Shown: piece by piece, positions 59,727 to 64,000 of the stretch
How positions within the stretch are numbered: position 1 is the first letter of the stretch
Layout: each line of letters begins with the position of its first letter
Assembly: GCA_025594325.1 (NCBI GenBank)
Contig: JANHCV010000017.1
Coordinates: forward strand, 62,001-126,000
Length of the DNA: 64,000 nucleotides
Direction of reading: 5' to 3'
DNA from: Blastocladiella emersonii ATCC 22665
Taxonomy: Eukaryota > Fungi > Blastocladiomycota
The notes under the pieces: model-generated
Seen by the model: only the letters and a program-made list of their open reading frames with translations
Databases searched by the model: none
What the model was told of the DNA's origin: nothing
Position numbers and translations under genes: made by a program

Positions 59727-61976
59727 TTACTGGAAGAGCAGCTCCGTGTACTTGGGCAGGGGCCAGAACTTGTCGGCCACCTTCTGCTCGAGCGCGTCCG
59801 CGGCGGAGCGCACCTCCTCCATGGCGGCGACGAGCTTGGCGTCGGCGGCCTTGGCCTGCTCGACGGGGTCGGCAATGTCGAAGATGGCGTCGGCCGTCTC
59901 GGTGAGGGCAGCCGACGAGGCCGTGAGCTTGACGAGCAGGGGCGTGATGGCCTTGATGGCGTCCACCTCGGGCGACGCGTCGCAGCCCGCGGCCTTGAGG
60001 GCCGTGGCCGTGTCGGCGAGCGACTTGCGGTAATCGTACACGGCGGGCAGGATGGTCTGGTTGATCATGAACTTGAGCGTGTTGGCCTCGATGAGCAGGT
60101 CCTTGGCGAAGCGCTCGACGAGCACGTGGTAGCGCGAGTGCAGCTCCTCGTGCGTGAACACGGCCGTGGCCTTGGTCAGCATGTCGGCGTTGACGGGCTC
60201 GAGCAGCTGGGCGTAGGCCTCGGGGACCGACTTGATGTTGAGCAGGCCGCGCTTCTCGGCCTCGTCCGACCAGGCCTGCGAGTAGTTGTCGCCCTCGAAG
60301 CGGATGGCGCGCGTGTCGGCAATCAGGTCGCGGATAACGGCAATCTTGTCGTCCTCGGTGGCAATGGCCTTGCCGGCCATCTTGGCCTCGAGCTTCTTGG
60401 CAATCTGGTCGAGGGCCGAGGCGACGGCGGCGGTGAGGACCGTGACGGGGAACGAGGGCGACTGCTTGGAGCCCACGGCGCGGAACTCGAACTTGTTGCC
60501 CGTGAAGGCAAAGGGCGAGGTGCGGTTGCGGTCCGTGAGGTCGCGGGCAATCTCGGGGAGCACGGCCACCTTGAGGTCGAGGACGGTGCCGCCGAGCTTG
60601 ATGGTCTGCATGTGCGGGACCGAGAAGTTCTTGATGCCGCGCTTCTGCTCAATGGCGTCGAGCACCTCGGTGAGCTGCTCGCCGAGGAAGGCCGAGATGA
60701 TGCCGGGCGGTGCCTCCTGGGCGCCGAGGCGGTGCAGGTTGGACGAGGACGAGATGGAGGCGCGCAGGATGCCCTGGTGCTGCTTGACGCCGAGCAGGGT
60801 GGCGAGGAGGAAGATGAGGAAGCGGTAGTTGGTCTCGGGGCGGACCGTGGGGTCGAGCAGGTTGTCGCCCTGGTCCGTGGACATGGACCAGTTGCAGTGC
60901 TTGCCCGAGCCGTTGATGCCCTTGAAGGGCTTCTCGTGGAAGAGCACCTTGAGCTTGTGGCGGTGGGCGACCTGGTGCATCACGTCCATGACGAGCAGGT
61001 TGTGGTCGACGGCGACCGTGGCCTCCTCGAAGATGGGGGCGAGCTCGAACTGCTGCGGGGCCACCTCGTTGTGGCGGGTCTTGACGGGGACGCCGAGCTT
61101 GAGCAGCTCGAGCTCCGACTCGGACATGGTGGCGAGGACGCGCGAGGGGATCTTGCCAAAGTAGTGGTCCTCGAGCTGCTGGTGCTTGGGCGGGACCGAG
61201 CCGATGAGGGTGCGGCCCGTGAGCTTGAGGTCGGGGCGCAGCGAGTAGAGGTTGCGGTCAATGAGGAAGTACTCCTGCTCGGTGCCGAGCGTGGTGTAGA
61301 CGCGCGACACGTTCTCGCCGAGCAGGCGCAGGACCTTGACGGCCGACTTGGAGAGGGCCTCGTTGGCGCGGAGCAGGACCGTCTTCTCGTCGAGGGCCTG
61401 TCCGTTGTAGGAGATGAAGACCGAGGGGATGTAGAGGGTGGTGGTGCCCTTGATGGGCCCGTCGCGCAGGAACATGGGCGAGGTCGTGTCCCAGACCGTG
61501 TAGCCGCGGGCCTCGAAGGTGGTGCGCATGCCGCCCGAGGGGAACGAGGACGCGTCGGGCTCCGACTGCAGCAGCTGCGAGCCCGAGAAGGCGTCGATGG
61601 CGGCGGCAAACTCGCCGCTGGCGTTGTACTTGAGGGTGAGGAACGAGTCGTGCTTCTCGGCCGTGGTGCCCGTCTGCGGCTGGAACCAGTGGGTGAAGTG
61701 GGTGCAGCCGCGGTCCTGGGCCCAGACGCGCACCGCGTGCGCGACCGCGTCGGCCGTGGTCTTGTCGAGCGTCTGGCGGCCGCGCATCTGCTTGACGAAC
61801 TGCGCGTAGACGGGCTTGGGCAGCGCCTTCTGCAGCGCCGACAGGCCGAAGACCGAGGTGCCGAAGATCTCGGACGGGGTCAGGACGCGGCCGTGCACGT
61901 CCGTCGGCACCTTGACGTCGCGCGGCGTGTGGGCGACGACGCCGAGGACAGCCTCGATGCGGGCCTGCTGCGACAT
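59727..61976 (-). CDS. glnN: Glutamine synthetase type III (GlnN), intronless
   Basis: 749 aa with GSIII motifs THFTHWFQP..TAEKHDSF, EPDASSFPSGG.R.TFEARGYT.WD, GTEQEYF, HNEVAP.QFE, HEKPF.GINGSGKH and DRNRTSPFAFTGNKFEFR. Confidence 0.95.
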   Translation of the reverse strand: MSQQARIEAVLGVVAHTPRDVKVPTDVHGRVLTPSEIFGTSVFGLSALQKALPKPVYAQFVKQMRGRQTLDKTTADAVAHAVRVWAQDRGCTHFTHWFQPQTGTTAEKHDSFLTLKYNASGEFAAAIDAFSGSQLLQSEPDASSFPSGGMRTTFEARGYTVWDTTSPMFLRDGPIKGTTTLYIPSVFISYNGQALDEKTVLLRANEALSKSAVKVLRLLGENVSRVYTTLGTEQEYFLIDRNLYSLRPDLKLTGRTLIGSVPPKHQQLEDHYFGKIPSRVLATMSESELELLKLGVPVKTRHNEVAPQQFELAPIFEEATVAVDHNLLVMDVMHQVAHRHKLKVLFHEKPFKGINGSGKHCNWSMSTDQGDNLLDPTVRPETNYRFLIFLLATLLGVKQHQGILRASISSSSNLHRLGAQEAPPGIISAFLGEQLTEVLDAIEQKRGIKNFSVPHMQTIKLGGTVLDLKVAVLPEIARDLTDRNRTSPFAFTGNKFEFRAVGSKQSPSFPVTVLTAAVASALDQIAKKLEAKMAGKAIATEDDKIAVIRDLIADTRAIRFEGDNYSQAWSDEAEKRGLLNIKSVPEAYAQLLEPVNADMLTKATAVFTHEELHSRYHVLVERFAKDLLIEANTLKFMINQTILPAVYDYRKSLADTATALKAAGCDASPEVDAIKAITPLLVKLTASSAALTETADAIFDIADPVEQAKAADAKLVAAMEEVRSAADALEQKVADKFWPLPKYTELLFQ

Positions 61977-62081
61977 GGTGGTTGATGCGTGGAGGGGGCG
62001 GGCGGGGAGGGATCGGCGGGCGCGACCTTGATTAACGGAAGAGGGCGGGGAGCGGGGCGGGCCGGCGGGGACGGGCGCGCA

Positions 62082-62092
62082 CTTTATACGGT
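62082..62092 (-). promoter_or_regulatory. Candidate TATA box for GSIII (ACCGTATAAAG)
   Basis: The plus strand reads ctttatacggt, about 110 nt upstream of the GSIII ATG. Confidence 0.6.
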
Positions 62093-62757
62093 CGGCGGCC
62101 GTGAGGGCCTTGCGAGGGAACGCGTATCGCTATCGCGCGCACGCACGCGTCAGAGTCCGCTCCCACTCGGCACGCGTGTCTCCGAGCCCACGCCGCGCTG
62201 AGGGAACTCTCGGGACCGCCTATTTTCAGCCGCGACGGCCGCGCGCACGTGAGCCGATTCCGCGCGACGCGTCCCCTTCGCGGGCTCGGCCGGGCGCCTT
62301 TTCGCCTTGCTCGCGAACCCGATAAGCGACGCGCCGCTCATCCTCACGGGAGAGTCGGCGCGCCACGGGCCGGCCCGGCCGGGTCCTGGGTGGCGCCGTG
62401 TCTCGGTCTGCTCGCCCCTCCCTCCTCCCTCCCGCGGTCGCGCCCGCCCTCGGCGCCCTGCTCCGCCGGGACTTGGCCGCGCGAGGCGCGACGCGACGAT
62501 GCAGAGCAAAGTGCAGCGCTGAGTGCAGCGCCCCCGCCGCGATGTGACACTTTTCATCTCGCCGCACGTGGGCCGGAGCAGACCGGGCGCAGCGGGCCGG
62601 CGCGCACGTGACGCGTGCTCGAGCGGCGCTCCGTGTTGCGTCGCGTTGCTGTTCCGGCCGCGCCCGCGCCCGCCTGAGACCGCCTGCGCCCGCCTGAGAC
62701 CGCCCGAGACCGCCGACCGGCCGGCCGACCGACCGGACTCGCGCCGCCGGACCCGCC

Positions 62758-62768
62758 ACCGTATAAAG
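62758..62768 (+). promoter_or_regulatory. Candidate TATA box for PCK1 (ACCGTATAAAG)
   Basis: accgtataaag lies about 90 nt upstream of the PCK1 ATG in an otherwise GC-rich spacer. Confidence 0.65.
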
Positions 62769-62852
62769 CACCGCGGCGCCCCCCCGCTCCCTACGCTCGT
62801 GCTCCTCTCCCGCCCCGCCCGCCCCGGCACCCCCACACCCCCCGCCGCCACC

Positions 62853-64000
62853 ATGACCTCGATCCCCAGCATCGCCGAGACGGTCAACGACCAGCTCCAC
62901 AAGGAGGCCGGCATCGACTACTCCAAGGAGATCAAGCGCAACATCTCGGTTGCCCAGCTCTACGAGGACGCGCTCAAGTACGAGGACGGCACCTTCCTGT
63001 CGTCGACGGGCGCCCTCATCACCTCGTCGGGCGCCAAGAAGGGCCGCTCGCCGCGCGACAAGCGCATTGTCGAGGAGGAGACGAGCGCCCGCGACGTGTG
63101 GTGGGGCCCCGTCAACACCAAGATCTCCGAGTCCGTGTTCATGATCAACCGCGAGCGCGCCATCGACTACCTCAACACGCGCTCGCGCCTCTACGTCTTC
63201 GACGGCTTTGCCGGATGGGACCCCAAGCACCGCATCAAGGTCCGCATCGTGTGCGCCCGCGCCTACCACGCGCTCTTCATGCGCAACATGCTCATCCGCC
63301 CGACGGACGCGGAGCTCGCCGAGTTCGGCCACCCCGACTTCACCATCTTCAACGCCGGCCAGTTCCCCGCCAACCGCTACACCACGGGCATGACCTCGTC
63401 CACGTCCATTGCCATCAACTTCAAGCGTAAGGAGATGGTCATCCTCGGCACCCAGTACGCCGGCGAGATGAAGAAGGGCATCTTCACCATCATGCACTAC
63501 CTCATGCCCAAGCAGGGCGTCCTCTCGCTCCACTCGTCGGCCAACGAGGGCACCACCGACGGCGACGTGTCGCTCTTCTTCGGCCTCTCGGGCACGGGCA
63601 AGACCACCCTGTCCGCCGACCCGCACCGCAACCTGATCGGCGACGACGAGCACTGCTGGTCCGACGACGGCATCTTCAACATCGAGGGCGGCTGCTACGC
63701 CAAGACCATCGACCTCTCGGCCGACAAGGAGCCCGAGATCTTCAACGCCATCCGCTTCGGCTCGGTGCTCGAGAACGTGGTCTTCCACCCCGAGTCGCGC
63801 CTCGTCGACTACACGGACGCGTCGCTCACCGAGAACACGCGCTGCGCCTACCCGATCGAGTACATCCCCAACGCCAAGCTCCCCTGCATGGGCGGCCACC
63901 CCAAGAACATCATCCTGCTCACGTGCGACGCCTTCGGCGTCCTGCCGCCCGTCGCCAAGCTCACGTCGGCCCAGGCCATGTACCACTTCATCTCGGGCTA
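62853..64000 (+). CDS. PCK1: ATP-dependent phosphoenolpyruvate carboxykinase (3' end outside window)
   Basis: [49 protein letters not shown] and [10 protein letters not shown]. Confidence 0.97.
   Translation, partial: MTSIPSIAETVNDQLHKEAGIDYSKEIKRNISVAQLYEDALKYEDGTFLSSTGALITSSGAKKGRSPRDKRIVEEETSARDVWWGPVNTKISESVFMINRERAIDYLNTRSRLYVFDGFAGWDPKHRIKVRIVCARAYHALFMRNMLIRPTDAELAEFGHPDFTIFNAGQFPANRYTTGMTSSTSIAINFKRKEMVILGTQYAGEMKKGIFTIMHYLMPKQGVLSLHSSANEGTTDGDVSLFFGLSGTGKTTLSADPHRNLIGDDEHCWSDDGIFNIEGGCYAKTIDLSADKEPEIFNAIRFGSVLENVVFHPESRLVDYTDASLTENTRCAYPIEYIPNAKLPCMGGHPKNIILLTCDAFGVLPPVAKLTSAQAMYHFISG

Noticed and set aside
59463-61985. 840-aa antisense ORF over GSIII (similar long shadows at 54798-56795, 62226-63986, 20897-22270, 11005-12252 and 40030-41304)
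   Set aside because: These mirror the codons of strongly GC3-biased genes, which avoid TTA, CTA and TCA. They have no recognisable motifs.

Overview
A gene-dense (about 32 genes in 64 kb), GC-rich eukaryotic segment with many short (about 50-100 nt) GT-AG introns carrying fungal-type CTAAC/CTGAC branch points. It most likely comes from an early-diverging, possibly zoosporic, fungus; this is an inference from intron style and gene set. Most genes are housekeeping: MATE, VPS53, an SR-like splicing factor, base-exchange PS synthase, Dss1, ADE4, LOG, PH-RasGEF, PP6/SIT4, FAU1, GSK3, MSS4, ARO4, WDR5, HUT1, PRP24/SART3, LETM1-like, ABHD12, HPM1, POLD3, MSH4, TRM11, NDUFS7, BFR2 and PCK1. The most notable items are: (1) an accessory stretch at 49.8-54.8 kb with a plant-type LRR membrane protein built from 72-nt phase-2 exons, an intronless membrane-anchored DUF1636-like gene of a bacterial family, and an aquaporin with an unusual filter; (2) an intronless type III glutamine synthetase head-to-head with PCK1 across a mirror-symmetric promoter; (3) a likely poison exon in the SR gene; (4) a GCGAGACGCG motif upstream of five genes, each time in the gene's orientation; (5) alternative N-termini for GSK3; (6) a DOPA dioxygenase next to a frameshifted mitochondrial carrier. 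All gene models were spliced by eye, and family calls come from remembered motifs, not database searches. I saw no tRNA, rRNA, CRISPR array or intact transposon.
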